From assembly GCA_964016885.1 (NCBI GenBank), contig OZ024741.1, positions 75,826,001 through 75,890,000 on the forward strand: a stretch of DNA of 64,000 nucleotides, written 5' to 3'. Made by a program: the position numbers and the translations under genes. Numbering within the stretch: the first letter of the stretch is position 1; each line of letters begins with the position of its first letter. A model generated the notes under the pieces. It was given only the letters and a program-made list of their open reading frames with translations. It ran no database searches and was not told where the DNA came from. Of this stretch, positions 12,701 to 26,209 are shown in pieces. Origin of the DNA: Eledone cirrhosa (taxonomy: Eukaryota).

Positions 12701-15700
12701 TTCTGTTACTGCTCCACTGGTATCTAGAGCAGTAATATAGTCTTACTGTTTCTGTTACTGTTCCACTGGTATCTAGAACAGTAATATAGTCTTACTGTTT
12801 CTGTTACTGCTCCACTGGTATCTAGAGCAGTAATATAGTCTTACTGTTTCTGTTACTGCTCCACTGGTATCTAGAGCAGTAATATAGTCTTACTGTTTCT
12901 GTTACTGCTCCACTGGTATCTAGAGCAGTAATATAGTCTTACTGTTTCTGTTACTGTTCCACTGGTATCTAGAGCAGTAATACAGTCTTACTGTTTCTGT
13001 TACTGCTCCACTGGTATCTAGAGCAGTAATATAGTCTTACTGTTTCTGTTACTGTTCCACTGGTATCTAGAGCAGTAATATAGTCTTACTGTTTCTGTTA
13101 CTGTTCCACTGGTATCTAGAGCAGTAATACAGTCTTACTGTTTCTGTTACTGCTCCACTGGTATCTAGAGCAGTAATATAGTCTTACTGTTTCTGTTACT
13201 GCTCCACTGGTATCTAGAGCAGTAATATAGTCTTACTGTTTCTGTTACTGTTCCACTGGTATCTAGAGCAGTAATACAGTCTTACTGTTTCTGTTACTGC
13301 TCCACTGGTATCTAGAGCAGTAATATAGTCTTACTGTTTCTGTTACTGCTCCACTGGTATCTAGAGCAGTAATATAGTCTTACTGTTTCTGTTACTGTTC
13401 CACTGGTATCTAGAGCAGTAATACAGTCTTACTGTTTCTGTTACTGCTCCACTGGTATCTAGAGCAGTAATATAGTCTTACTGTTTCTGTTACTGCTCCA
13501 CTGGTATCTAGAGCAGTAATATAGTCTTACTGTTTCTGTTACTGTTCCACTGGTATCTAGAGCAGTAATACAGTCTTACTGTTTCTGTTACTGTTCCACT
13601 GGTATCTAGAGCAGTAATACAAGTTTACTGTTTCTGTTACTGCTCCACTGGTATCTAGAACAGTAATACAGTCTTACTGTTTCTGTTACTGCTCCACTGG
13701 TATCTAGAGCAGTAATATAGTCTTACTGTTTCTGTTACTGTTCCACTGGTATCTAGAGCAGTAATATAGTCTTACTGTTTCTGTTACTGTTCCACTGGTA
13801 TCTAGAACAGTAATACAGTCTTACTGTTTCTGTTACTGCTCCACTGGTATCTAGAGCAGTAATATAGTCTTACTGTTTCTGTTACTGTTCCACTGGTATC
13901 TAGAGCAGTAATATAGTCTTACTGTTTCTGTTACTGTTCCACTGGTATCTAGAACAGTAATACAGTCTTACTGTTTCTGTTACTGTTCCACTGGTATCTA
14001 GAGCAGTAATACAGTCTTACTGTTTCTGTTACTGCTCCACTGGTATCTAGAACAGTAATACAGTCTTACTGTTTCTGTTACTGTTCCACTGGTATCTAGA
14101 GCAGTAATACAGTCTTACTGTTTCTGTTACTGCTCCACTGGTATCTAGAACAGTAATACAGTCTTACTGTTTCTGTTACTGTTCCACTGGTATCTAGAGC
14201 AGTAATACAGTCTTACTGTTTCTGTTACTGTTCCACTGGTATCTAGAGCAGTAATACAGTCTTACTGTTTCTGTTACTGTTCCACTGGTATCTAGAACAG
14301 TAATACAGTCTTACTGTTTCTGTTACTGCTCCACTGGTATCTAGAGCAGTAATATAGTCTTACTTTTTCTGTTACTGCTCCACTGGTATCTAGAGCAGTA
14401 ATATAGTCTTACTGTTTCTGTTACTGTTCCACTGGTATCTAGAGCAGTAATATAGTCTTACTGTTTCTGTTACTGCTCCACTGGTATCTAGAGCAGTAAT
14501 ATAGTCTTACTGTTTCTGTTACTGCTCCACTGGTATCTAGAGCAGTAATACAGTCTTACTGTTTCTGTTACTGCTCCACTGGTATCTAGAACAGTAATAC
14601 AGTCTTACTGTTTCTGTTACTGTTCCACTGGTATTTAGAGCAGTAATACAAGTTTACTGTTTCTGTTACTGCTCCACTGGTATCTAGAGCAGTAATATAG
14701 TCTTACTGATTCTGTTACTGCTCCACTGGTATCTAGAGCAGTAATATAGTCTTACTGATTCTGTTACTGCTCCACTGGTATCTAGAGCAGTAATATAGTC
14801 TTACTGATTCTGTTACTGCTCCACTGGTATCTAGAGCAGTAATATAGTCTTACTGATTCTGTTACTGTTCCACTGGTATCTAGAGCAGTAATATAGTCTT
14901 ACTGTTTCTGTTACTGTTCCACTGGTATCTAGAGCAGTAATATAGTCTTACTGTTTCTGTTACTGCTCCACTGGTATCTAGAACAGTAATATAGTCTTAC
15001 TGTTTCTGTTACTGCTCCACTGGTATCTAGAGCAGTAATATAGTCTTACTGATTCTGTTACTGCTCCACTGGTATCTAGAGCAGTAATATAGTCTTACTG
15101 ATTCTGTTACTGCTCCACTGGTATCTAGAACAGTAATACAGTCTTACTGTTTCTGTTACTGCTCCACTGGTATCTAGAACAGTAATATAGTCTTACTGTT
15201 TCTGTTACTGCTCCACTGGTATCTAGAGCAGTAATATAGTCTTACTGTTTCTGTTACTGCTCCACTGGTATCTAGAGCAGTAATATAGTCTTACTGATTC
15301 TGTTACTGCTCCACTGGTATCTAGAGCAGTAATATAGTCTTACTGATTCTGTTACTGCTCCACTGGTATCTAGAGCAGTAATATAGTCTTACTGATTCTG
15401 TTACTGCTCCACTGGTATCTAGAGCAGTAATATAGTCTTACTGATTCTGTTACTGCTACACTGGTATCTAGAGCAGTAATATAGTCTTACTGTTTCTGTT
15501 ACTGCTCCACTGGTATCTAGAGCAGTAATATAGTCTTACTGTTTCTGTTACTGCTCCACTGGTATCTAGAGCAGTAATATAGTCTTACTGTTTCTGTTAC
15601 TGCTCCACTGGTATCTAGAGCAGTAATATAGTCTTACTGTTTCTGTTACTGCTCCACTGGTATCTAGAGCAGTAATATAGTCTTACTGTTTCTGTTACTG

Positions 15701-18700
15701 CTCCACTGGTATCTAGAGCAGTAATATAGTCTTACTGTTTCTGTTACTGCTCCACTGGTATCTAGAGCAGTAATATAGTCTTACTGTTTCTGTTACTGCT
15801 CCACTGGTATCTAGAGCAGTAATATAGTCTTACTGTTTCTGTTACTGTTCCACTGGTATCTAGAACAGTAATATAGTCTTACTGTTTCTGTTACTGCTCC
15901 ACTGGTATCTAGAGCAGTAATATAGTCTTACTGTTTCTGTTACTGCTCCACTGGTATCTAGAGCAGTAATATAGTCTTACTGTTTCTGTTACTGCTCCAC
16001 TGGTATCTAGAGCAGTAATATAGTCTTACTGTTTCTGTTACTGTTCCACTGGTATCTAGAGCAGTAATACAGTCTTACTGTTTCTGTTACTGCTCCACTG
16101 GTATCTAGAGCAGTAATATAGTCTTACTGTTTCTGTTACTGTTCCACTGGTATCTAGAGCAGTAATATAGTCTTACTGTTTCTGTTACTGTTCCACTGGT
16201 ATCTAGAGCAGTAATACAGTCTTACTGTTTCTGTTACTGCTCCACTGGTATCTAGAGCAGTAATATAGTCTTACTGTTTCTGTTACTGCTCCACTGGTAT
16301 CTAGAGCAGTAATATAGTCTTACTGTTTCTGTTACTGTTCCACTGGTATCTAGAGCAGTAATACAGTCTTACTGTTTCTGTTACTGCTCCACTGGTATCT
16401 AGAGCAGTAATATAGTCTTACTGTTTCTGTTACTGCTCCACTGGTATCTAGAGCAGTAATATAGTCTTACTGTTTCTGTTACTGTTCCACTGGTATCTAG
16501 AGCAGTAATACAGTCTTACTGTTTCTGTTACTGCTCCACTGGTATCTAGAGCAGTAATATAGTCTTACTGTTTCTGTTACTGCTCCACTGGTATCTAGAG
16601 CAGTAATATAGTCTTACTGTTTCTGTTACTGTTCCACTGGTATCTAGAACAGTAATATAGTCTTACTGATTCTGTTACTGCTCCACTGGTATCTAGAGCA
16701 GTAATATAGTCTTACTGTTTCTGTTACTGCTCCACTGGTATCTAGAACAGTAATATAGTCTTACTGATTCTGTTACTGCTCCACTGGTATCTAGAGCAGT
16801 AATATAGTCTTACTGTTTCTGTTACTGCTCCACTGGTATCTAGAACAGTAATATAGTCTTACTGATTCTGTTACTGCTACACTGGTATCTAGAGCAGTAA
16901 TATAGTCTTACTGTTTCTGTTACTGCTCCACTGGTATCTAGAGCAGTAATATAGTCTTACTGTTTCTGTTACTGCTCCACTGGTATCTAGAGCAGTAATA
17001 TAGTCTTACTGTTTCTGTTACTGCTCCACTGGTATCTAGAGCAGTAATATAGTCTTACTGTTTCTGTTACTGCTCCACTGGTATCTAGAGCAGTAATACA
17101 GTCTTACTGTTTCTGTTACTGCTCCACTGGTATCTAGAGCAGTAATACAGTCTTACTGTTTCTGTTACTGTTCCACTGGTATCTAGAGCAGTAATATAGT
17201 CTTACTTTTTCTGTTACTGCTCCACTGGTATCTAGAGCAGTAATATAGTCTTACTGTTTCTGTTACTGCTCCACTGGTATCTAGAACAGTAATACAGTCT
17301 TACTGTTTCTGTTACTGTTCCACTGGTATCTAGAGCAGTAATATAGTCTTACTGTTTCTGTTACTGCTCCACTGGTATCTAGAGCAGTAATATAGTCTTA
17401 CTGTTTCTGTTACTGTTCCACTGGTATCTAGAGCAGTAATATAGTCTTACTGATTCTGTTACTGCTCCACTGGTATCTAGAGCAGTAATATAGTCTTACT
17501 GTTTCTGTTACTACTCCACTGGTATCTAGAGCAGTAATATAGTCTTACTGTTTCTGTTACTGTTCCACTGGTATCTAGAGCAGTAATATAGTCTTACTGT
17601 TTCTGTTACTGTTCCACTGGTATCTAGAGCAGTAATATAGTCTTACTGATTCTGTTACTGCTCCACTGGTATCTAGAGCAGTAATATAGTCTTACTGTTT
17701 CTGTTACTGCTCCACTGGTACCTAGAGCAGTAATATAGTCTTACTGTTTCTGTTACTGCTCCACTGGTATCTAGAGCAGTAATACAGTCTTACTGTTTCT
17801 GTTACTGCTCCACTGGTATCTAGAGCAGTAATATAGTCTTACTGTTTCTGTTACTGCTCCACTGGTATCTAGAGCAGTAATATAGTCTTACTGTTTCTGT
17901 TACTACTCCACTGGTATCTAGAGCAGTAATATAGTCTTACTGTTTCTGTTACTGCTCCACTGGTATCTAGAACAGTAATATAGTCTTACTGTTTCTGTTA
18001 CTGTTCCACTGGTATCTAGAACAGTAATACAGTCTTACTGTTTCTGTTACTGTTCCACTGGTATCTAGAGCAGTAATATAGTCTTACTGTTTCTGTTACT
18101 GCTCCACTGGTATCTAGAGCAGTAATATAGTCTTACTGTTTCTGTTACTACTCCACTGGTATCTAGAACAGTAATACAGTCTTACTGTTTCTGTTACTGT
18201 TCCACTGGTATCTAGAGCAGTAATACAGTCTTACTGTTTCTGTTACTGTTCCACTGGTATCTAGAGCAGTAATATAGTCTTACTGTTTCTGTTACTGTTC
18301 CACTGGTATCTAGAACAGTAATACAGTCTTACTGTTTCTGTTACTGCTCCACTGGTATCTAGAGCAGTAATATAGTCTTACTGTTTCTGTTACTGCTCCA
18401 CTGGTATCTAGAGCAGTAATATAGTCTTACTGTTTCTGTTACTGCTCCACTGGTATCTAGAGCAGTAATATAGTCTTACTGTTTCTGTTACTGCTCCACT
18501 GGTATCTAGAACAGTAATACAGTCTTACTGTTTCTGTTACTGTTCCACTGGTATCTAGAACAGTAATATAGTCTTACTGTTTCTGTTACTGCTCCACTGG
18601 TATCTAGAACAGTAATACAGTCTTACTGTTTCTGTTACTGCTCCACTGGTATCTAGAGCAGTAATACAGTCTTACTGTTTCTGTTACTGCTCCACTGGTA

Positions 18701-21700
18701 TCTAGAGCAGTAATACAGTCTTACTGTTTCTGTTACTGTTCCACTGGTATCTAGAACAGTAATACAGTCTTACTGTTTCTGTTACTGCTCCACTGGTATC
18801 TAGAGCAGTAATACAGTCTTACTGTTTCTGTTACTGTTCCACTGGTATCTAGAGCAGTAATACAGTCTTACTGTTTCTGTTACTGTTCCACTGGTATCTA
18901 GAGCAGTAATACAGTCTTACTGTTTCTGTTACTGCTCCACTGGTATCTAGAACAGTAATACAGTCTTACTGTTTCTGTTACTGCTCCACTGGTATCTAGA
19001 GCAGTAATACAGTCTTACTGTTTCTGTTACTGTTCCACTGGTATCTAGAGCAGTAATACAGTCTTACTGTTTCTGTTACTGTTCCACTGGTATCTAGAGC
19101 AGTAATACAGTCTTACTGTTTCTGTTACTGCTCCACTGGTATCTAGAGCAGTAATACAGTCTTACTGTTACTGTTCCACTGGTATCTAGAGCAGTAATAC
19201 AGTCTTACTGTTACTGCTCCACTGGTATCTAGAGCAGTAATACAGTCTTACTGTTTCTGTTACTGCTCCACTGGTATCTAGAGCAGTAATATAGTCTTAC
19301 TGTTTCTGTTACTGTTCCACTGGTATCTAGAGCAGTAATACAGTCTTAATGTTTCTGTTACTGCTCCACTGGTATCTAGAGCAGTAATATAGTCTTACTG
19401 TTTCTGTTACTGCTCCACTGGTATCTAGAGCAGTAATATAGTCTTACTGTTTCTGTTACTGCTCCACTGGTATCTAGAGCAGTAATATAGTCTTACTGTT
19501 TCTGTTACTGCTCCACTGGTATCTAGAGCAGTAATATAGTCTTACTGTTTCTGTTACTACTCCACTGGTATCTAGAACAGTAATACAGTCTTACTGTTTC
19601 TGTTACTGCTCCACTGGTATCTAGAACAGTAATACAGTCTTACTGTTTCTGTTACTGTTCCACTGGTATCTAGAGCAGTAATATAGTCTTACTGTTTCTG
19701 TTACTGTTCCACTGGTATCTAGAGCAGTAATATAGTCTTACTGTTTCTGTTACTGCTCCACTGGTATCTAGAGCAGTAATATAGTCTTACTGTTTCTGTT
19801 ACTGTTCCACTGGTATCTAGAGCAGTAATATAGTCTTACTGTTTCTGTTACTGCTCCACTGGTATCTAGAGCAGTAATATAGTCTTACTGTTTCTGTTAC
19901 TGTTCCACTGGTATCTAGAGCAGTAATATAGTCTTACTGTTTCTGTTACTGCTCCACTGGTATCTAGAGCAGTAATATAGTCTTACTGTTTCTGTTACTG
20001 TTCCACTGGTATCTAGAGCAGTAATATAGTCTTACTGTTTCTGTTACTGCTCCACTGGTATCCAGAGCAGTAATACAGTCTTACTGTTTCTGTTACTGTT
20101 CCACTGGTATCTAGAGCAGTAATATAGTCTTACTGTTTCTGTTACTGCTCCACTGGTATCTAGAGCAGTAATACAGTCTTACTGTTTCTGTTACTGCTCC
20201 ACTGGTATCTAGAGCAGTAATATAGTCTTACTGTTTCTGTTACTGTTCCACTGGTATCTAGAGCAGTAATATAGTCTTACTGTTTCTGTTACTGCTCCAC
20301 TGGTATCTAGAACAGTAATACAGTCTTACTGTTTCTGTTACTGTTCCACTGGTATCTAGAGCAGTAATATAGTCTTACTGTTTCTGTTCCTGCTCCACTG
20401 GTATCTAGAGCAGTAATATAGTCTTACTGTTTCTGTTACTACTCCACTGGTATCTAGAACAGTAATACAGTCTTACTGTTTCTGTTACTGCTCCACTGGT
20501 ATCTAGAACAGTAATATAGTCTTACTGTTTCTGTTACTGTTCCACTGGTATCTAGAGCAGTAATATAGTCTTACTGTTTCTGTTACTGCTCCACTGGTAT
20601 CTAGAGCAGTAATACAGTCTTACTGTTTCTGTTACTGCTCCACTGGTGTCTAGAGCAGTAATATAGTCTTACTGTTTCTGTTACTGTTCCACTGGTATCT
20701 AGAGCAGTAATATAGTCTTACTGTTTCTGTTACTGCTCCACTGGTATCTAGAACAGTAATACAGTCTTACTGTTTCTGTTACTGTTCCACTGGTATCTAG
20801 AGCAGTAATATAGTCTTACTGTTTCTGTTACTGCTCCACTGGTATCTAGAGCAGTAATATAGTCTTACTGTTTCTGTTACTACTCCACTGGTATCTAGAA
20901 CAGTAATACAGTCTTACTGTTTCTGTTACTGCTCCACTGGTATCTAGAACAGTAATACAGTCTTACTGTTTCTGTTACTGCTCCACTGGTATCTAGAACA
21001 GTAATATAGTCTTACTGTTTCTGTTACTGTTCCACTGGTATCTAGAGCAGTAATATAGTCTTACTGTTTCTCTTACTGCTCCACTGGTATCTAGAGCAGT
21101 AATATAGTCTTACTGTTTCTGTTACTGTTCCACTGGTATCTAGAGCAGTAATATAGTCTTACTGTTTCTGTTACTGCTCCACTGGTATCTAGAGCAGTAA
21201 TATAGTCTTACTGATTCTGTTACTGCTCCACTGGTATCTAGAGCAGTAATATAGTCTTACTGTTTCTGTTACTGCTCCACTGGTATCTAGAACAGTAATA
21301 CAGTCTTACTGTTTCTGTTACTGTTCCACTGGTATCTAGAGCAGTAATATAGTCTTACTGTTTCTGTTACTGCTCCACTGGTATCTAGAGCAGTAATATA
21401 GTCTTACTGTTTCTGTTCCTGTTCCACTGGTATCTAGAGCAGTAATATAGTCTTACTGTTTCTGTTACTGTTCCACTGGTATCTAGAACAGTAATATAGT
21501 CTTACTGTTTCTGTTACTGTTCCACTGGTATCTAGAACAGTAATACAGTCTTACTGTTTCTGTTACTGTTCCACTGGTATCTAGAACAGTAATACAGTCT
21601 TACTGTTTCTGTTACTGTTCCACTGGTATCTAGAGCAGTAATACAGTCTTACTGTTTCTGTTACTGCTCCACTGGTATCTAGAGCAGTAATATAGTCTTA

Positions 21701-24700
21701 CTGTTTCTGTTACTGTTCCACTGGTATCTAGAGCAGTAATATAGTCTTACTGTTTCTGTTACTGTTCCACTGGTATCTAGAACAGTAATATAGTCTTACT
21801 GTTTCTGTTACTGCTCCACTGGTATCTAGAACAGTAATACAAGTTTACTGTTTCTGTTACTGCTCCACTGGTATCTAGAGCAGTAATATAGTCTTACTGT
21901 TTCTGTTACTGCTCCACTGGTATCTAGAGCAGTAATATAGTCTTACTGTTTCTGTTACTGCTCCACTGGTATCTAGAGCAGTAATACAGTCTTACTGTTT
22001 CTGTTACTGCTCCACTGGTATCTAGAGCAGTAATATAGTCTTACTGTTTCTGTTACTGCTCCACTGGTATCTAGAACAGTAATACAAGTTTACTGTTTCT
22101 GTTACTGCTCCACTGGTATCTAGAGCAGTAATATAGTCTTACTGTTTCTGTTCCTGTTCCACTGGTATCTAGAGCAGTAATATAGTCTTACTGTTTCTGT
22201 TACTGTTCCACTGGTATCTAGAACAGTAATATAGTCTTACTGTTTCTGTTACTGTTCCACTGGTATCTAGAGCAGTAATACAGTCTTACTGTTTCTGTTA
22301 CTGTTCCACTGGTATCTAGAACAGTAATATAGTCTTACTGTTTCTGTTACTCTTCCACTGGTATCTAGAGCAGTAATACAGTCTTACTGTTTCTGTTCCT
22401 GTTCCACTGGTATCTAGAGCAGTAATATAGTCTTACTGTTTCTGTTACTGCTCCACTGGTATCTAGAACAGTAATACAAGTTTACTGTTTCTGTTACTGC
22501 TCCACTGGTATCTAGAGCAGTAATATAGTCTTACTGTTTCTGTTCCTGTTCCACTGGTATCTAGAGCAGTAATATAGTCTTACTGTTTCTGTTACTGTTC
22601 CACTGGTATCTAGAACAGTAATATAGTCTTACTGTTTCTGTTACTGTTCCACTGGTATCTAGAGCAGTAATACAGTCTTACTGTTTCTGTTACTGTTCCA
22701 CTGGTATCTAGAACAGTAATATAGTCTTACTGTTTCTGTTACTGTTCCACTGGTATCTAGAACAGTAATATAGTCTTACTGTTTCTGTTACTGCTCCACT
22801 GGTATCTAGAACAGTAATACAAGTTTACTGTTTCTGTTACTGCTCCACTGGTATCTAGAACAGTAATACAAGTTTACTGTTTCTGTTACTGTTCCACTGG
22901 TATCTAGAGCAGTAATATAGTCTTACTGTTTCTGTTACTGCTCCACTGGTATCTAGAGCAGTAATACAGTCTTACTGTTTCTGTTACTGTTCCACTGGTA
23001 TCTAGAGCAGTAATATAGTCTTACTGTTTCTGTTACTGCTCCACTGGTATCTAGAGCAGTAATACAGTCTTACTGTTTCTGTTACTGCTCCACTGGTATC
23101 TAGAGCAGTAATATAGTCTTACTGTTTCTGTTACTGCTCCACTGGTATCTAGAACAGTAATACAAGTTTACTGTTTCTGTTACTGCTCCACTGGTATCTA
23201 GAACAGTAATACAAGTTTACTGTTTCTGTTACTGCTCCACTGGTATCTAGAACAGTAATACAAGTTTACTGTTTCTGTTACTGCTCCACTGGTATCTAGA
23301 ACAGTAATACAAGTTTACTGTTTCTGTTACTGCTCCACTGGTATCTAGAACAGTAATACAAGTTTACTGTTTCTGTTACTGTTCCACTGGTATCTAGAGC
23401 AGTAATATAGTCTTACTGTTTCTGTTACTGCTCCACTGGTATCTAGAGCAGTAATACAGTCTTACTGTTTCTGTTACTGTTCCACTGGTATCTAGAGCAG
23501 TAATATAGTCTTACTGTTTCTGTTACTGCTCCACTGGTATCTAGAGCAGTAATACAGTCTTACTGTTTCTGTTACTGCTCCACTGGTATCTAGAGCAGTA
23601 ATATAGTCTTACTGTTTCTGTTACTGCTCCACTGGTATCTAGAACAGTAATACAAGTTTACTGTTTCTGTTACTGCTCCACTGGTATCTAGAACAGTAAT
23701 ACAAGTTTACTGTTTCTGTTACTGCTCCACTGGTATCTAGAACAGTAATACAAGTTTACTGTTTCTGTTACTGCTCCACTGGTATCTAGAACAGTAATAC
23801 AGTCTTACTGTTTCTGTTACTGTTCCACTGGTATCTAGAGCAGTAATATAGTCTTACTGTTTCTGTTACTGTTCCACTGGTATCTAGAGCAGTAATATAG
23901 TCTTACTGTTTCTGTTACTGTTCCACTGGTATCTAGAGCAGTAATATAGTCTTACTGTTTCTGTTACTGTTCCACTGGTATCTAGAACAGTAATATAGTC
24001 TTACTGTTTCTGTTACTGTTCCACTGGTATCTAGAACAGTAATACAGTCTTACTGTTTCTGTTACTGTTCCACTGGTATCTAGAACAGTAATATAGTCTT
24101 ACTGTTTCTGTTACTGTTCCACTGGTATCTAGAACAGTAATATAGTCTTACTGTTTCTGTTACTGTTCCACTGGTATCTAGAACAGTAATATAGTCTTAC
24201 TGTTTCTGTTACTGCTACACTGGTATCTAGAGCAGTAATATAGTCTTACTGTTTCTGTTACTGCTCCACTGGTATCTAGAGCAGTAATATAGTCTTACTG
24301 TTTCTGTTACTGTTCCACTGGTATCTAGAGCAGTAATATAGTCTTACTGTTTCTGTTACTGCTCCACTGGTATCTAGAGCAGTAATACAGTCTTACTGTT
24401 TCTGTTACTGTTCCACTGGTATCTAGAGCAGTAATACAGTCTTACTGTTTCTGTTACTGTTCCACTGGTATCTAGAACAGTAATATAGTCTTACTGTTTC
24501 TGTTACTGTTCCACTGGTATCTAGAACAGTAATATAGTCTTACTGTTTCTGTTACTGTTCCACTGGTATCTAGAACAGTAATATAGTCTTACTGTTTCTG
24601 TTACTGTTCCACTGGTATCTAGAGCAGTAATATAGTCTTACTGTTTCTGTTACTGCTCCACTGGTATCTAGAGCAGTAATATAGTCTTACTGTTTCTGTT

Positions 24701-24840
24701 ACTGCTCCACTGGTATCTAGAGCAGTAATATAGTCTTACTGTTTCAGTTACTGCTCCACTGGTATCTAGAGCAGTAATATAGTCTTTCTGTTACTGCTCC
24801 ACTGGTATCTAGAGCAGTAATACAGGCTTGCCATTTCTGT
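3760..24840. repeat. 49-bp tandem satellite, ~430 copies, in COG2 intron 2; consensus CTGTTTCTGTTACTGYTCCACTGGTATCTAGARCAGTAATAYAGTCTTA
   Basis: Directly visible; one XbaI site (TCTAGA) in nearly every unit; three common biallelic sites. Confidence 0.99.
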
Positions 24841-24879
24841 TGTACAAAGTAAAATAGTAATGAAATTCTTTCTTTCTAG

Positions 24880-24945
24880 GTTGGAATGGATAAAGCAATA
24901 AATAGCCTAACAGAACCACTTGGACAGTTTAAAGAAGAAGTTCTG
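24880..24945 (+). CDS. COG2: COG2 exon 3 (VGMDKAINSLTEPLGQFKEEVL)
   Basis: tctttctag acceptor, CTG|gtaaat donor, 66 nt, phase 0. Confidence 0.95.
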
Positions 24946-26131
24946 GTAAATGTTCTTTGATTGATTTTGTCATTATAGTTATCATTATCACCACCACTGC
25001 TGTTATCATCATCACCATATATCTATTTTTATATGCCAGTGTAGGATGGATTTGTTCATTATATCATGCCACCAGTAGTAGAAAGGTTGTCTGAAGCAAG
25101 ACTAAAGAGTCTCCTCTACTCTAAATTAGTTTTCATTTGGAGCTATTGCTCTCCTAGACATGTTGTCTTTACTGCTGTTTGTAGTGTTCACATTTCCCCC
25201 ATTTGATTTAAGCAAAGCCCTTTTCCACTACTATGAGGTTTGTTCAGATGACCCAATTTCTTTGATGGGTTGCTACACTAGGGCTGAGAAGCTACACCTC
25301 TCCTGGAAAAGAGTTAAATTACTGATGAGATCCACAGTGACAGTTGCAATCATTGCTGTAGTTATTATCATTACTTTAATAAATATTACTATGCCATCAC
25401 TGTACATTTAAGATGTTCACTTTGTAATTACATGGTTCCAGGTTTGATCCCATTGTATGGCATCCTGTACAAATGTTTTGTAACTCAGCCTCAGACCAAC
25501 TAAAGTCCCAGATTACTGAGAATATAGGCTGTCTCTGTGATGAACCATATTTTTTAATGTAAAAATCTGCTTGTGTCCTATAAACAAAATAAAAATAATT
25601 GAATACTGCTATGACTTTTTCCTCTTAAACATATTTCTTCAAAATAAGAATACATCTTATAACAGCAAGTAAAGGGAGGGGGATAACAGAAATTGTCTGA
25701 GACAGCTGGCAATGAGGCTGTCTTTTTAACCATACATAGAGGAAGGGAAGGAGGTTATTTAACTTCTAAGAGGATTTATTGTGATGAATGAAGAGACTAA
25801 TGGCAACATTGCTTATGTTGTCAGAATTGGTAGTGAAGATGAGCAGGTGGGAACATCAGCCAACTCTTTAAATAACTGGTTAATAAAGTTGTCCAAACAT
25901 TTTAAAATGTATATGTCCTATAAAGTAAATACGTTAAACTGAAATCTCAGTTTCCATCATCATCATCATCATCACTGTTAAATGTCCATTTTTCCATGCT
26001 TGCATGGGTCAGATGGGTTGTCTGCATCGAAAGACAAGTCTGGCCAGGATTGACCATGCCGTACCTTGCCCTGATGGGACTAAATTTGGCCAGGACTTTT
26101 ACAGCTGGATGCCCTTCCTAACACTAACCAC

Positions 26132-26209
<78 letters not shown>

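Noticed and set aside
3760-24840. CRISPR-like array of palindromic repeats
   Set aside because: No unique spacers (units are contiguous and near-identical), no cas genes, eukaryotic intron context
3760-24840. Hammerhead-ribozyme satellite
   Set aside because: GAAAC occurs on the minus strand but no CUGANGA core is present on either strand
3760-24840. Coding repeat or recursive-splicing ladder
   Set aside because: The unit is 49 bp with TAA/TAG on both strands and no ORFs in the track; the consensus has no YAG|GT junction
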